A stretch of 44,845 bases of DNA from Candidatus Taylorbacteria bacterium RIFCSPHIGHO2_12_FULL_45_16 (GCA_001821055.1 MHRT01000005.1:109533-154377); one strand, 5' to 3'; shown: positions 20,219-30,336, counted from the stretch's first letter. Notes: generated from the letters alone by a model not told the origin. Translations and numbers: made by a program.

Positions 20219-20953
20219 ATGAACTATCATCGTCTGGGAATAACAGCGCTTGTCTTGATCTTATTTTTGACGCTAATATATATGATTCAAAGACTCATGC
20301 CAGACAGAAAGCTTCTTGTCGACGCGATACAAATCGGATTTGAAGATAAAGTTCCAAGCCCGATTACTCACGGAGACGTGAGCAAAAGACAAGTCATATT
20401 TACCTTTGATGGTGGTGAAGGCTCACAGTCTGCTTTCGTTGTATTGGACATATTGCGAAAACATCATGCTCGCGGCACTTTTTTTCTTACTGGAAAATGG
20501 GTATTGCGCAATCCGGATTTGATTCGAAGGATGCAAGCCGAGGGACACGAGATTTATAATCATTCCTTGACGCATCCTCACTTGCCATTTTTGACTGACA
20601 GAGAAATAGCCAATGAACTTGGCAATATGGATAGAACGCTGTTGAATCTCATCAATACTTCAACAAAACCTTATTTTCGCCCTCCTTATGGAGATTATGA
20701 TGAACGGGTTCTTTTTGCCGCGGCGCGCCATGGTTACCGTGCCGTGATGTGGACCATTGACGCCGGTGATTGGATGGAGTCGGAAGGATTTACGGCCGAC
20801 GCGGTTCGCGCGCGCATTTATAGTCATATTGAACCGGGCGCGATTGTTCTCATGCATCTGGGCGATCATATTACCGGTTTGATCTTGGATGAGATATTTA
20901 CCCAGATTGAAGATTTGGGATATAAGATAGTTTCGTTGACGCAGGGGATATAG
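20219..20953 (+). CDS. polysaccharide deacetylase (CE4/NodB family)
   Basis: TFDGG, NHSLTHP, FRPPYG, IVLMH; N-terminal TM. Confidence 0.9.
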   Translation: MNYHRLGITALVLILFLTLIYMIQRLMPDRKLLVDAIQIGFEDKVPSPITHGDVSKRQVIFTFDGGEGSQSAFVVLDILRKHHARGTFFLTGKWVLRNPDLIRRMQAEGHEIYNHSLTHPHLPFLTDREIANELGNMDRTLLNLINTSTKPYFRPPYGDYDERVLFAAARHGYRAVMWTIDAGDWMESEGFTADAVRARIYSHIEPGAIVLMHLGDHITGLILDEIFTQIEDLGYKIVSLTQGI

Positions 20954-21002
20954 AATTTTTTTAATCTTTTCATTTCCCCTTCTTTACTTGTATAATGTCA
21001 TC

Positions 21003-21851
21003 ATGAATCATCTGATATACATAACCAAGTCCGATGGGACAAAACAATTGTTTGAAGAGGACAAATTGGTCAATTCGCTCAAGCACGCGGGAGCTTCCGA
21101 TGAATCAGTAGACGAAATAATCAATCAGGTTGAAGCGAGCATGAAAGAGGGCATGACGACCAATGAAATTTATGGCCATGCTTTCTCTTTGTTGCGAAAA
21201 CACTCCGTGCATACGGCCACGCGGTACTCTGTCCGACGAGCCTTAACGGAGCTCGGACCTGACGGTTTTCCATTTGAAAAATTTGTCGCGCGCATCTTTA
21301 ACGCGCGAGGGTACGAGACGCTAACGGATCAGCATATCATGGGTATATGCATTGAACATGAGATGGATGTGGTGGCCTGGAAAGATGACGCATTGGCTAT
21401 GGTTGAAGCAAAATTTCACAACGAGTTTGGCTTAAAATCAGATGTCAAAGTCGCTTTATATGTCAAAGCGCGTTTTGATGATATTGCCCAGAATACTTTT
21501 GATTATGGTGGCCTGAAGAGAAAATTGACCGAGCGTTACCTTTTTACCAATACCAAATTTACGGATCAAGCGGTGAAATACGGCGTCTGCAATCATATTG
21601 AACTCATAGGCTGGAATTATCCGGTTAACAAAAATCTTCACACCATCATTGAACAATACAAACTTCATCCTATCACTTGCCTTATCGGACTTTCATACCA
21701 ACAAAAGAAAGATTTGGTGGGAAGAAATATTGTTACCTGTGCGGACATGATCAAGTGTCCGGATATTCTAAAGGAGATTGGTATTCGTCCCGAAGAAAAA
21801 ATTGAAAAAATCTTGCATGAGGCCAGAATGATTACCGGAGTTGCGATTTAA
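21003..21851 (+). CDS. ATP-cone plus PD-(D/E)XK nuclease-like protein
   Basis: N-terminal ITKSDG..F...KL; FEKFV...HEMDVVA...VEAKFH. Confidence 0.75.
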   Translation: MNHLIYITKSDGTKQLFEEDKLVNSLKHAGASDESVDEIINQVEASMKEGMTTNEIYGHAFSLLRKHSVHTATRYSVRRALTELGPDGFPFEKFVARIFNARGYETLTDQHIMGICIEHEMDVVAWKDDALAMVEAKFHNEFGLKSDVKVALYVKARFDDIAQNTFDYGGLKRKLTERYLFTNTKFTDQAVKYGVCNHIELIGWNYPVNKNLHTIIEQYKLHPITCLIGLSYQQKKDLVGRNIVTCADMIKCPDILKEIGIRPEEKIEKILHEARMITGVAI

Positions 21852-21967
21852 CAAAAATCACATGAGTGAAAAATTAGACATTGTAAATGAAAAAACCGGT
21901 GATTTTGGGGTAGAAACATACAAGACATGGTTTGAGATGCCAACACATTGGAACTAATCTCCTAATT

Positions 21968-22564
21968 ATGACCAAGACAGATCAGATGCGCACTATTCGC
22001 GACGAAATATTGACTCTAAAAAAGTCGCCTTTGTATGAATATCGTACGGCCAATAATTTTTTTCCCGTTATCGGAGAGGGAAGTCATGACGCGAAAATAA
22101 TGTTTGTGGGAGAAGCTCCGGGAAGAAATGAAGCGAAAACCGGCAAGCCGTTCTGTGGAGCCGCTGGGAAAGTGCTCGATCAATTGCTTGAACATGTCGG
22201 TATTCCGCGCCCAACGGTATATGTGACCAATATCGTCAAAGATCGTCCGCCAGAAAATCGAGATCCGACCCCGAAAGAAATTGAAACCTATGGCCCATTT
22301 TTGGATCGACAAGTAGAGATTATCAAGCCTCGAGTCGTTGTGGCGCTTGGTCGCTATGCCATGGGTTATATTATGACCAAGTTCGGATTGGAATTGCAGA
22401 TTGAGCCCATTGGGAAGGCACATGGCAAATCGTACCCGACCAATCTTGAGGTCGGACCTCAAGGCATAGTTGTGCTGTATCATCCTTGCGTTGCCGTGTA
22501 TAATCCCAACAACCTGCCAAATCTCAAAAAAGATTTTGAAATATTAACGCAGTACAAAGAATAA
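21968..22564 (+). CDS. uracil-DNA glycosylase family 4
   Basis: GEAPG, PFCGAAG, RPPENRDP, LYHP. Confidence 0.92.
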   Translation: MTKTDQMRTIRDEILTLKKSPLYEYRTANNFFPVIGEGSHDAKIMFVGEAPGRNEAKTGKPFCGAAGKVLDQLLEHVGIPRPTVYVTNIVKDRPPENRDPTPKEIETYGPFLDRQVEIIKPRVVVALGRYAMGYIMTKFGLELQIEPIGKAHGKSYPTNLEVGPQGIVVLYHPCVAVYNPNNLPNLKKDFEILTQYKE

Positions 22565-22577
22565 CAGAACAAAGACA

Positions 22578-24431
22578 ATGAAGAAAAATTCCCCGGAAAA
22601 CAAGCTGGATATCCTTAGTTCAAGATTTTCGTCAGCCAAAGATCTTCTCGATTATTTGAATGAGTCATACAATAAACTCCATACCAAGTATGAGAATTAT
22701 TTCTGGCTGTCATACATGGGCGATCATAGCGTTGACGCATTGATGAATAAGGCGCAAATCAGACGTGACTCATTTCGTTCGAATGCCGTTTTGAAAACGG
22801 AAACCGACTATCACCTCAAAAAATCTTCAGGTGAATACAAAAATCGCCTTAAATCATGGAATCATTTTTTTGGTCTGTATCAAACTCCCGTCCAAGCGGT
22901 TCCGTTTAAGAAAAAAGCCATAGAATTGGAGACGAAAATCTTGCGAAAAAGGACGAAACGCACTGAAGGATATATTGATCCAAGGACGCACAAGTTTGTC
23001 GAAGCGTCTGAAAACAAGATGCGCGCCGTGATGCGAACAAATCCTGATGAAGCCACTAGACAAGCCTGCTTTGAGGCAATGGAAAAACTTCCGCTTGATT
23101 ATATAGATGAGTATGTAGAAGTGGTTCGTGTCCGGAATGAATTCGCCCGAACACTTGGATATGCGGATTTTTATGAATACAAAGCTCGGATTGATGAGAA
23201 TATGAGTAAAAAGGAGCTGTTTTCTGTTTTTGAAGATGTTTACGAAAAAACAAAATATGCATTTAAAAATGTTCGTCAAATCGAAAAGACTAGACCAGGA
23301 TTACGAAAACCGTGGAATTTTGCCTATATGATGACTGGTGATTTTGTTGAAAAGGAAGACCAGTATTTCCAATTTGAAAATGTACTCTCGTATTGGGGTC
23401 GTTCGTTTGCCGCTTTGGGTATTGATTTTCAGGGCGGTGAAGTTAGATTGGATCTTCTGGATAGGAAAGGAAAATCCAACAACGGGTTCTGTCATTATCC
23501 GAAGCTTGTTCAGTATAAAGACGGTAGACGGATTTCCGGTTCAAGTGGCTTTAGTTCGAATGCCATACCCAGACAAGTCGGTTCGGGCGCGCAAGGCATT
23601 CATACCGTTTTTCATGAAGGAGGGCATGCCGCAGATAGGCTCAATTCATTCCAGAAAGACGCCTGCGTCAATTCTGAGTATCCGCCGTCAACTGTTTCAT
23701 GGGCGGAGACGCATAGCATGTTCATGGATACTATTTCAAGTAGTGTTGAATGGCGTACGCGATATGCAAAAAACGACGCCGGAGATCCGTACCCATTTGA
23801 GCTTTTTGAAAAGGAGGCCCGAGCGTTACATATGCTCAGGCCTTTGGATATGATGAGTATATGTTTTGTCGTGTTTTTTGAAAAAGAAATTTACGAATGT
23901 AAAAATTTGACCAGAGAATTTGTCATCAAAGCCGCCCAAAAGGCATCAAAAAAATATCTTGACCGCTCTTTGAATTCAATTTCAATTTTGAATGTGCCTC
24001 ATATTTATTCATGGGAAAGCTCCGCTTATTATCATGGATACGGCTTGGCCAAATTGGGTGTAAGTCAATGGAGGGAATATTTTTTCAAAAAATACGGATA
24101 TATCGTGGACAATCCAAAAATCGGGGAGGAGTTGAAAAAGATTTGGTCATACGCGTCGGTATATTCAGCAAAGAAACTGATCTTTATGGCAACCGGCAAA
24201 AAATTAAGTCCAGACGCGTTCATTCGGGATGTTACCAGACCGATTGACGATATCATCGTCGACGCAAAGGCCAAAATTAGACGCCTCGATAAGGTCAGAC
24301 GACACACCAGACCAATCAATCTGGGTGGCAAGATAATAATGATGCACGGCAAAAAGAAAATAACCGATAATAGCACATCTTTTGAGTCCATGGACAAAAA
24401 ATACAAGGCCTGGTTAAGGACTGCATCTTAA
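22578..24431 (+). CDS. M3-family oligopeptidase
   Basis: RKGKSNNGFCH, FHEGGHA (HExxH), AETHSMF. Confidence 0.85.
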   Translation: MKKNSPENKLDILSSRFSSAKDLLDYLNESYNKLHTKYENYFWLSYMGDHSVDALMNKAQIRRDSFRSNAVLKTETDYHLKKSSGEYKNRLKSWNHFFGLYQTPVQAVPFKKKAIELETKILRKRTKRTEGYIDPRTHKFVEASENKMRAVMRTNPDEATRQACFEAMEKLPLDYIDEYVEVVRVRNEFARTLGYADFYEYKARIDENMSKKELFSVFEDVYEKTKYAFKNVRQIEKTRPGLRKPWNFAYMMTGDFVEKEDQYFQFENVLSYWGRSFAALGIDFQGGEVRLDLLDRKGKSNNGFCHYPKLVQYKDGRRISGSSGFSSNAIPRQVGSGAQGIHTVFHEGGHAADRLNSFQKDACVNSEYPPSTVSWAETHSMFMDTISSSVEWRTRYAKNDAGDPYPFELFEKEARALHMLRPLDMMSICFVVFFEKEIYECKNLTREFVIKAAQKASKKYLDRSLNSISILNVPHIYSWESSAYYHGYGLAKLGVSQWREYFFKKYGYIVDNPKIGEELKKIWSYASVYSAKKLIFMATGKKLSPDAFIRDVTRPIDDIIVDAKAKIRRLDKVRRHTRPINLGGKIIMMHGKKKITDNSTSFESMDKKYKAWLRTAS

Positions 24432-24462
24432 TATCTGCGCATCTGTTATAATGGGGGTTCCC

Positions 24463-24855
24463 ATGAAACCTGAAGAATTCAATCGCTATATTGATAATCA
24501 GCTTCGACAGGGCATACCGCGACAGGTCTTGACGGCCAATCTACGCGCCGGAGGATGGAATCAAGAGCAAATTGATCAAGCTCTTATTCAGCATGACAGA
24601 CGAATTCACAAGGAACTATTGTCCGCGCGTAGGCATACCTATTCACTGCGAGAAAAAGTTCTCATAGCGATTTTACTCATAGTGATGGTATATGCTGGAC
24701 TTTTCCATCTTTCATTCATCAGTCTTGACTATCGGAGCGTTATCGACAAAATCGTCGGAGTCTATGACGCGTATAAAAAGACCGGAAACACCCCGCCGTC
24801 GTCATTGGCTCCAGTCCAATCGTCTCAAATATCAACGGTGTTTGGTATTGAATAA
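24463..24855 (+). CDS. hypothetical membrane protein
   Basis: LRAGGWNQEQIDQA helical N-domain plus one TM. Confidence 0.6.
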   Translation: MKPEEFNRYIDNQLRQGIPRQVLTANLRAGGWNQEQIDQALIQHDRRIHKELLSARRHTYSLREKVLIAILLIVMVYAGLFHLSFISLDYRSVIDKIVGVYDAYKKTGNTPPSSLAPVQSSQISTVFGIE

Positions 24856-24877
24856 TTCTCGTGCTACACTTTTGTCT

Positions 24878-26773
24878 ATGCAGTCATTCGAAATCCGTTC
24901 ACGGTTTCTGAGTTTTTTTGAAAAACGCGGACATGCCGTCATTCCGTCGGCTTCGTTGGTCACTTCTAATGAAAAGGGCGAGACTAATGCCACACTTTTT
25001 AATACCGCCGGAATGCAGCCGCTTATCCCATACTTGCTTGGAAAACCGTATTTAATTGATAATCGGGAAATAAAACGCCTTGTCAATGCGCAAAAATGCC
25101 TGCGCACAGTGGACATTGATGATGTTGGCGATAAAACCCATGCCACATTCTTTGAAATGTTGGGCAACTGGTCTCTTGGGGATTATTTCAAGTGGGAGGC
25201 CATAAAATGGAGCTATGAGTTTTTGACAAATTCCGTAGACGCGCCGGATGGCGATAAGGGTCTCGGCTTGGATCCAAAACGCCTGTATGTGACGGTTTTT
25301 GCCGGAGATTCCGATTCGGGACGAGATGATGAATCCGCGAAAATCTGGGAATCCATCGGTATACCGAAACACCGTATATATTTCAAAGATGCGGCTTCCA
25401 ACTGGTGGCCGGCTGTTAAAAACGATAAAGAAAATAATTGGACTGGGCCGACGGGTCCATGTTCCGAGATGTTCTATGATATTACCAAGGAAGGTTTGGG
25501 TGATTTGACGCAAAGACAGTTTGAACAAGCTGATAATGACCAAAAAGTAGTTGAGATTTGGAATGATGTTTTTATGGAGTTTGAGAAAAAAATGGGCAAA
25601 ATCGTCGGCAATCTTTCGAAAAAGAATGTTGATACGGGCGCGGGGTTGGAGAGATTGGCAACCGTGTTGCAGAAAACAGACAATATCTATGATACGGATC
25701 TTTTTAGTCCACTGATGGCGGTTGCTGGACCGATGGGGCGTGACGATATCAGACGACAGAGAATAATTGCCGATCATATCCGCTCGTCAATCTTCATGAT
25801 TGCTGATGGAGTAAGGCCGTCAAACACAGACAAGGGGTATATCCTTCGTCGTATTCTTCGCCGCGCCATTTTCTGCACGGAAAATAAAAAAATAAACGAA
25901 AATGAAATTTCCTCTTTCGTGGAGATAATCGCCAAGGTCATCTATAAAGGGATGTACGAAAATATTGAAAAACAAAAAGAAGAAATCGTTGAGGTTATTT
26001 TCAAGGAGTCAGAACAGTTCAGAAGAACCATAGATAAGGGTCTTAAGGAATTTGATAGGATAACTTCTTCAAGTCGCGATACCGATTGCATCTCCGGAAA
26101 AGACGCCTTCATTTTATTTTCCACCTACGGTTTTCCGATCGAAATGACAAAAGAATTGGCCAAAGAAAGAAAAATAGAAATAGACGAGAAGGGATTCGAG
26201 AACGAATTTGAAAGGCACCAAGCTCTTTCTCGCGCTGGCGCCTCACAAAAATTCAGGGGCGGTTTGGCTGACGCCGATGATCCGATGGTTGTCAGATATC
26301 ACACCGCTACGCATCTGCTTCACCAAGCTTTGCATGATGTCTTGGGTGAAAATGAAGGTAACCAAAAAGGTTCCAACATTACATCGGAACGATTGCGTTT
26401 TGATTTTACCTACGGGGCGAAGATGACCGATGAACAGAAAAAGAAGGTTGAGAACATCGTAAATGAAAAAATATCCGCGGCATTACCGGTGAACAATCTT
26501 ATTGTTCCGCGCGCGGAAGCCGAAAAGACCGGCGCCAAACATTTTTTTGGAGAAAAATATGGCGAACATGTTTCCATTTATTTTATTGGGCTGTCCTCCA
26601 ACCAGCCCTCGGTCGATGATTCCAAGAATGCCTACTCAAAAGAATTTTGCGGTGGTCCACATGTCAAAAATACCATCGAACTGGCCGGGCCGGAAGGGCG
26701 GTGGCGTTTCAAAATCCAGAAGGAAGAAGCCGTGTCGCAAGGAATACGAAGAATCAAAGCCGTTCTTGTCTAG
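24878..26773 (+). CDS. alaS: alanyl-tRNA synthetase lacking the C-Ala domain
   Basis: FFEMLGNWS, DTGAGLERL, IIADHIR, HTATHLLH, EFCGGPHV; ends GIRRIKAVLV. Confidence 0.95.
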   Translation: MQSFEIRSRFLSFFEKRGHAVIPSASLVTSNEKGETNATLFNTAGMQPLIPYLLGKPYLIDNREIKRLVNAQKCLRTVDIDDVGDKTHATFFEMLGNWSLGDYFKWEAIKWSYEFLTNSVDAPDGDKGLGLDPKRLYVTVFAGDSDSGRDDESAKIWESIGIPKHRIYFKDAASNWWPAVKNDKENNWTGPTGPCSEMFYDITKEGLGDLTQRQFEQADNDQKVVEIWNDVFMEFEKKMGKIVGNLSKKNVDTGAGLERLATVLQKTDNIYDTDLFSPLMAVAGPMGRDDIRRQRIIADHIRSSIFMIADGVRPSNTDKGYILRRILRRAIFCTENKKINENEISSFVEIIAKVIYKGMYENIEKQKEEIVEVIFKESEQFRRTIDKGLKEFDRITSSSRDTDCISGKDAFILFSTYGFPIEMTKELAKERKIEIDEKGFENEFERHQALSRAGASQKFRGGLADADDPMVVRYHTATHLLHQALHDVLGENEGNQKGSNITSERLRFDFTYGAKMTDEQKKKVENIVNEKISAALPVNNLIVPRAEAEKTGAKHFFGEKYGEHVSIYFIGLSSNQPSVDDSKNAYSKEFCGGPHVKNTIELAGPEGRWRFKIQKEEAVSQGIRRIKAVLV

Positions 26774-26830
26774 GATACCGTAACGGAAAGTCATATTATT
26801 CACAACAACTATTGTGATATACTACCAGCA

Positions 26831-27976
26831 ATGTTTTTCTCAAATCCACACGGAGAACTGATGTTGATCATAGATGTGCAGAGTTCCATCGTGCGAGGTT
26901 CGCTTGTTTATGAGAGTCCGTTGACGATCCCCTCGATCATATACACGCATAACATCTCTATTCCTTACAAATCTGGCGGTGGCAGTAGTTATCTTATTAA
27001 GATGGCCACCCGTGCTGTTGAAGAAATCACTCAGGTTGTCATGGCGAATATTCAGAAGGAATCGAATTCCGATGACTTGCCACACCATGTTTCTTCCGTG
27101 CATTATGTTCTTTCGTCACCGTGGGTGGTTTCGCAAGCAAAGACTTTATCCATGTCGTTTGAGAAGGATACGATGATTAGTCGGGCTTATATTACCGGCA
27201 TGATTTGGGAAGAACGAGCAAAAATGACCGCCAACACATCCGATGATATCCGAGTCATTGAAGAAAAGGTCTTTGATGTGCGTCTCAATGGTTATTCGGT
27301 GACATCGTGGGAAAGTAAACACACCAAAGAGCTTGGCGTTTCTTTTGTCGTCAGCATCGCCGGCGGACGGATGATAGATCGTTTTGTGGAAATTTCTCAA
27401 AGTCTCGTACGTAAAAAAGATCGTGTTAAATTTCATTCTTCGTTATTTTTGCAACACATTGGCATACAAAAGATTATTCCGGATTCATCGGATTATGTGC
27501 TGGTGCATATCCACGGAGAACTGACTGATGTCGCGATTATTCGTGCGCGTTCCTGTTCATTTTTTGGTTCATATCCATTCGGCATCCATAGTATTATCCG
27601 TGCCGTCGCGCTAGAGACGAAAACAACGGAAGATGTCGCCGAATCAACACTCAACTTGATTCTTGATGGGGATATTGACTCTAATAAGTCAAAAGAGTTT
27701 GTTTTTGTAGAAAACATGAAGCAGAGATGGGTAGATGAATTTAAGAAATTGCTCAAAACAAGTTCGACACCCGAAGCGGCTTTGGATCGAGTTATCATAT
27801 CGGCGCGATCACATGAAGATTTTTTTGTGAAAAGCCTCCAGTTGGCGTATCCTCAAGCTTCGCCAGAACTGTTGGTTATAGAAAATATTTTACCGAATGT
27901 CTCGTACGAAATTAACGCAGAGCGTATCCTCTTGACGGGCGTATATGTTACGGCTATTCACAGTTTATTGAAATAA
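26831..27976 (+). CDS. divergent FtsA/PilM-like actin-fold protein
   Basis: LIIDVQSS, VRLNGY, LVHIHGELTD, SYPFG. Confidence 0.55.
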   Translation: MFFSNPHGELMLIIDVQSSIVRGSLVYESPLTIPSIIYTHNISIPYKSGGGSSYLIKMATRAVEEITQVVMANIQKESNSDDLPHHVSSVHYVLSSPWVVSQAKTLSMSFEKDTMISRAYITGMIWEERAKMTANTSDDIRVIEEKVFDVRLNGYSVTSWESKHTKELGVSFVVSIAGGRMIDRFVEISQSLVRKKDRVKFHSSLFLQHIGIQKIIPDSSDYVLVHIHGELTDVAIIRARSCSFFGSYPFGIHSIIRAVALETKTTEDVAESTLNLILDGDIDSNKSKEFVFVENMKQRWVDEFKKLLKTSSTPEAALDRVIISARSHEDFFVKSLQLAYPQASPELLVIENILPNVSYEINAERILLTGVYVTAIHSLLK

Positions 27977-28003
27977 AGAAATTGTGGTATAATTTTTCCA
28001 TAT

Positions 28004-29419
28004 ATGCCCAGACGTGTTCAAGATATTATCCCGAACTCCAACCGTTCAATACGAAACATCCCTTTGGAACGCTCGTCTATCATCGTGCCGTTGCAACCCC
28101 CCAAGAAAAAACTTGGTAGCTCTATTTTAGCGCAGATGCGTCAGCCCGAAGAAAAGACCAATGAACATGAATTAGAGCCAAGAAACGATACTCGCAAAAA
28201 AACAAATTTTCCGGAGATGAAGATGCCGATTATGCCACCGCGAAAGATGCGAAAGTCTGGGGCAAAGAAATGGCTTTTTCTCCTTATGAGTATCGTTGTC
28301 ATTATCGCGATAGCCGGATATATTGCCTCCGTTTATTTTTCCCGCGCCTCTTTTGTCATAGTTCCGAAGACCGTTCCATTTTCCGTGAACAGCACCTATA
28401 TTTCACAAAGTACACAAGGTAAAGGTGTTCTTATGTACGAATTGGCGTCCATCAAAGGGGATTCTGCTGTGACTGTTCCCGCGACCGATGGGCCGAAAAT
28501 ATCCACATCCGCGAAAGGAAAAATTACTATCTACAATAATTTCAGCGTCCAGTCGCAACGCCTTATCGCCGGCACAAGATTTGCCGATGACAAAGGACGC
28601 GTGTATCGGCTTTCAAGTTCAGTTGTCGTCCCCGGATACAACAAAGTCGGATCAACCATTACGCCAGGCACCCTCTCAGCGTCAGTGGTCGCCGATCAAG
28701 CCGGAGAATCCTATAACATAACCAAGATTGACCCTATAAGCGATTTTAAAATAGTAGCCTACAAAGGTAATCCAAAATACGAAAGCATATATGGACGTCT
28801 GGCCACCGATATAACCGGCGGGTTCATGGGCACGAAAAAAACAATCAATCCCGCCGTACTAGCTTCAACTACTGCCACTCTCCAATCAAAGATAGTCTCT
28901 GATTTGCTGGCCAAACTGAAGACAAGCGTGCCGGATGGATATATCATGTACCCAAATGCTTATGTGCCAATATTTTCCGCTCCAGTGATTGGTGGCACCG
29001 ATCCAAGATCAGCGACAGTCACTCTCCAAGGAACCGTCTATGGAATATTGTTCGAACGCTCTGGGCTTGTGGCACGCGTCGCTGGCGAGCAGTCAGTCGC
29101 TATATTTGATGATTTCTCATATGAAACTCCTGGTTTGGATTCTCTCGATTTTAGCATAGCCAATATCAAAGATTTTTCTCCTGAAAAGAAAAACACTTTG
29201 ATTATAAAACTCAAAGGAGATGCTATGCTCGTCGGTACGATACCTATAAATTCTCTCAAAACAAAACTTGCCGGGCTCTCTCTAGCAGAGACAAGCTCAG
29301 TATTGCGGTCCTTCAAGTCAGTTATAGAAATAGAAAAAAGTTCCGGCTATGTAACGCCGCCATGGTCTAAAGTTCCAAGCAATCCGGACAGGATAACAAT
29401 AGAAGTATTGACGAAATAG
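28004..29419 (+). CDS. membrane-anchored protein with a baseplate-J-like extracellular domain
   Basis: One TM; AKGKITIYN, LIAGTRF, VVADQAGESYNI. Confidence 0.6.
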   Translation: MPRRVQDIIPNSNRSIRNIPLERSSIIVPLQPPKKKLGSSILAQMRQPEEKTNEHELEPRNDTRKKTNFPEMKMPIMPPRKMRKSGAKKWLFLLMSIVVIIAIAGYIASVYFSRASFVIVPKTVPFSVNSTYISQSTQGKGVLMYELASIKGDSAVTVPATDGPKISTSAKGKITIYNNFSVQSQRLIAGTRFADDKGRVYRLSSSVVVPGYNKVGSTITPGTLSASVVADQAGESYNITKIDPISDFKIVAYKGNPKYESIYGRLATDITGGFMGTKKTINPAVLASTTATLQSKIVSDLLAKLKTSVPDGYIMYPNAYVPIFSAPVIGGTDPRSATVTLQGTVYGILFERSGLVARVAGEQSVAIFDDFSYETPGLDSLDFSIANIKDFSPEKKNTLIIKLKGDAMLVGTIPINSLKTKLAGLSLAETSSVLRSFKSVIEIEKSSGYVTPPWSKVPSNPDRITIEVLTK

Positions 29420-29460
29420 CATGATATCTGCTAGTATGTGACCTACGCGCCTAATACCAG

Positions 29461-29694
29461 ATGGAACCTGCGCTACAACCAAAAAATGGCTCGAGGAATA
29501 CCGTTAGCGGTATTGTTGTTGAAGCATTGCCTAATACGTTGTTTAAAGTCGAACTTCAAGAAACCAAGGAAGTCATTCTTGCGTATCTGGCGGGTAAAAT
29601 GAGGATGAATCGTATACGGGTCCTCATTGGAGACAAAGTGGATTTGGAACTTGATCCATATGGTGGTCGTGCTCGTATCACGCGACGTTCATAA
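29461..29694 (+). CDS. infA: translation initiation factor IF-1
   Basis: [30 protein letters not shown]. Confidence 0.96.
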   Translation: MEPALQPKNGSRNTVSGIVVEALPNTLFKVELQETKEVILAYLAGKMRMNRIRVLIGDKVDLELDPYGGRARITRRS

Positions 29695-29698
29695 AATT

Positions 29699-29815
29699 AT
29701 GAGAGTAAAAGCATCAGTCAAACGTATCTGTCCAAAGTGCACTGTCGTCCGCCGATGGGGATATGTCTATGTGGTGTGCAAATCAAACCCCCGGCACAAA
29801 CAGAGACAAGGGTAA
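29699..29815 (+). CDS. rpmJ: 50S ribosomal protein L36
   Basis: [14 protein letters not shown]...[10 protein letters not shown]. Confidence 0.96.
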   Translation: MRVKASVKRICPKCTVVRRWGYVYVVCKSNPRHKQRQG

Positions 29816-29823
29816 GAAAATTA

Positions 29824-29897
29824 CAAGACGCAGGATTCAAGATTCAGGAATAAATACGAAGCACAGAAACATATTCTTGAATCGTGAATCTTGAATC
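29824..29897. repeat. inverted repeat made of 7-mer units between rpmJ and rpsM
   Basis: caagacg-caggatt-caagatt-caggaat ... attcttg-aatcgtg-aatcttg-aatc. Confidence 0.7.
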
Positions 29898-29929
29898 AGA
29901 TAAGATTAAACCACCAAAACACCAATCAT

Positions 29930-30310
29930 ATGCGTATCCTCGGTATTACAGTTCCGGAAAATAAGCGACTTGAATTCGCCTTGACTGCCATATACGGTAT
30001 AGGACGTTCTCGTGCCATCCAGATTTTGAAAACCGCGAAGGTTGACGCCAGTCTCCGTTCAAACGTTCTGACGGTCGAACAGGAAAATCAGATACGCAAG
30101 ATTATTGAGAGTTTCAAAATCGAAGGCGATCTCAGACGAGAGGTTGCGGGCAATGTCAAACGCTTGAAAGACATCAAATCATATCGTGGCAGCCGACACG
30201 CCCGTCATCTTCCGGCGCGCGGTCAAAGGACAAAAACAAATTCCCGGACTGTTCGAGGCAATGTCAGAAAGACCATGGGGTCCGGTAAACGCAAAGAAGA
30301 GAAGAAATAA
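29930..30310 (+). CDS. rpsM: 30S ribosomal protein S13
   Basis: ALTAIYGIG, EGDLRR, LPARGQRTKTN. Confidence 0.97.
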   Translation: MRILGITVPENKRLEFALTAIYGIGRSRAIQILKTAKVDASLRSNVLTVEQENQIRKIIESFKIEGDLRREVAGNVKRLKDIKSYRGSRHARHLPARGQRTKTNSRTVRGNVRKTMGSGKRKEEKK

Positions 30311-30336
30311 AAACAATGTAACCATTTCATATCATC

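Noticed and set aside
20219-20953. TFDGG instead of TFDDG as a sign of a novel enzyme
   Set aside because: Motif-1 variation occurs in CE4 proteins and the other motifs are intact; too weak on its own.
24692-24877. N-terminal extension of AlaRS in the ORF track
   Set aside because: It overlaps the upstream gene; homology begins at MQSFEIR (24878), which has its own -10 box.
25052-25777. 241-aa antisense ORF and similar shadow ORFs
   Set aside because: They lie opposite well-supported housekeeping genes and have no motifs.
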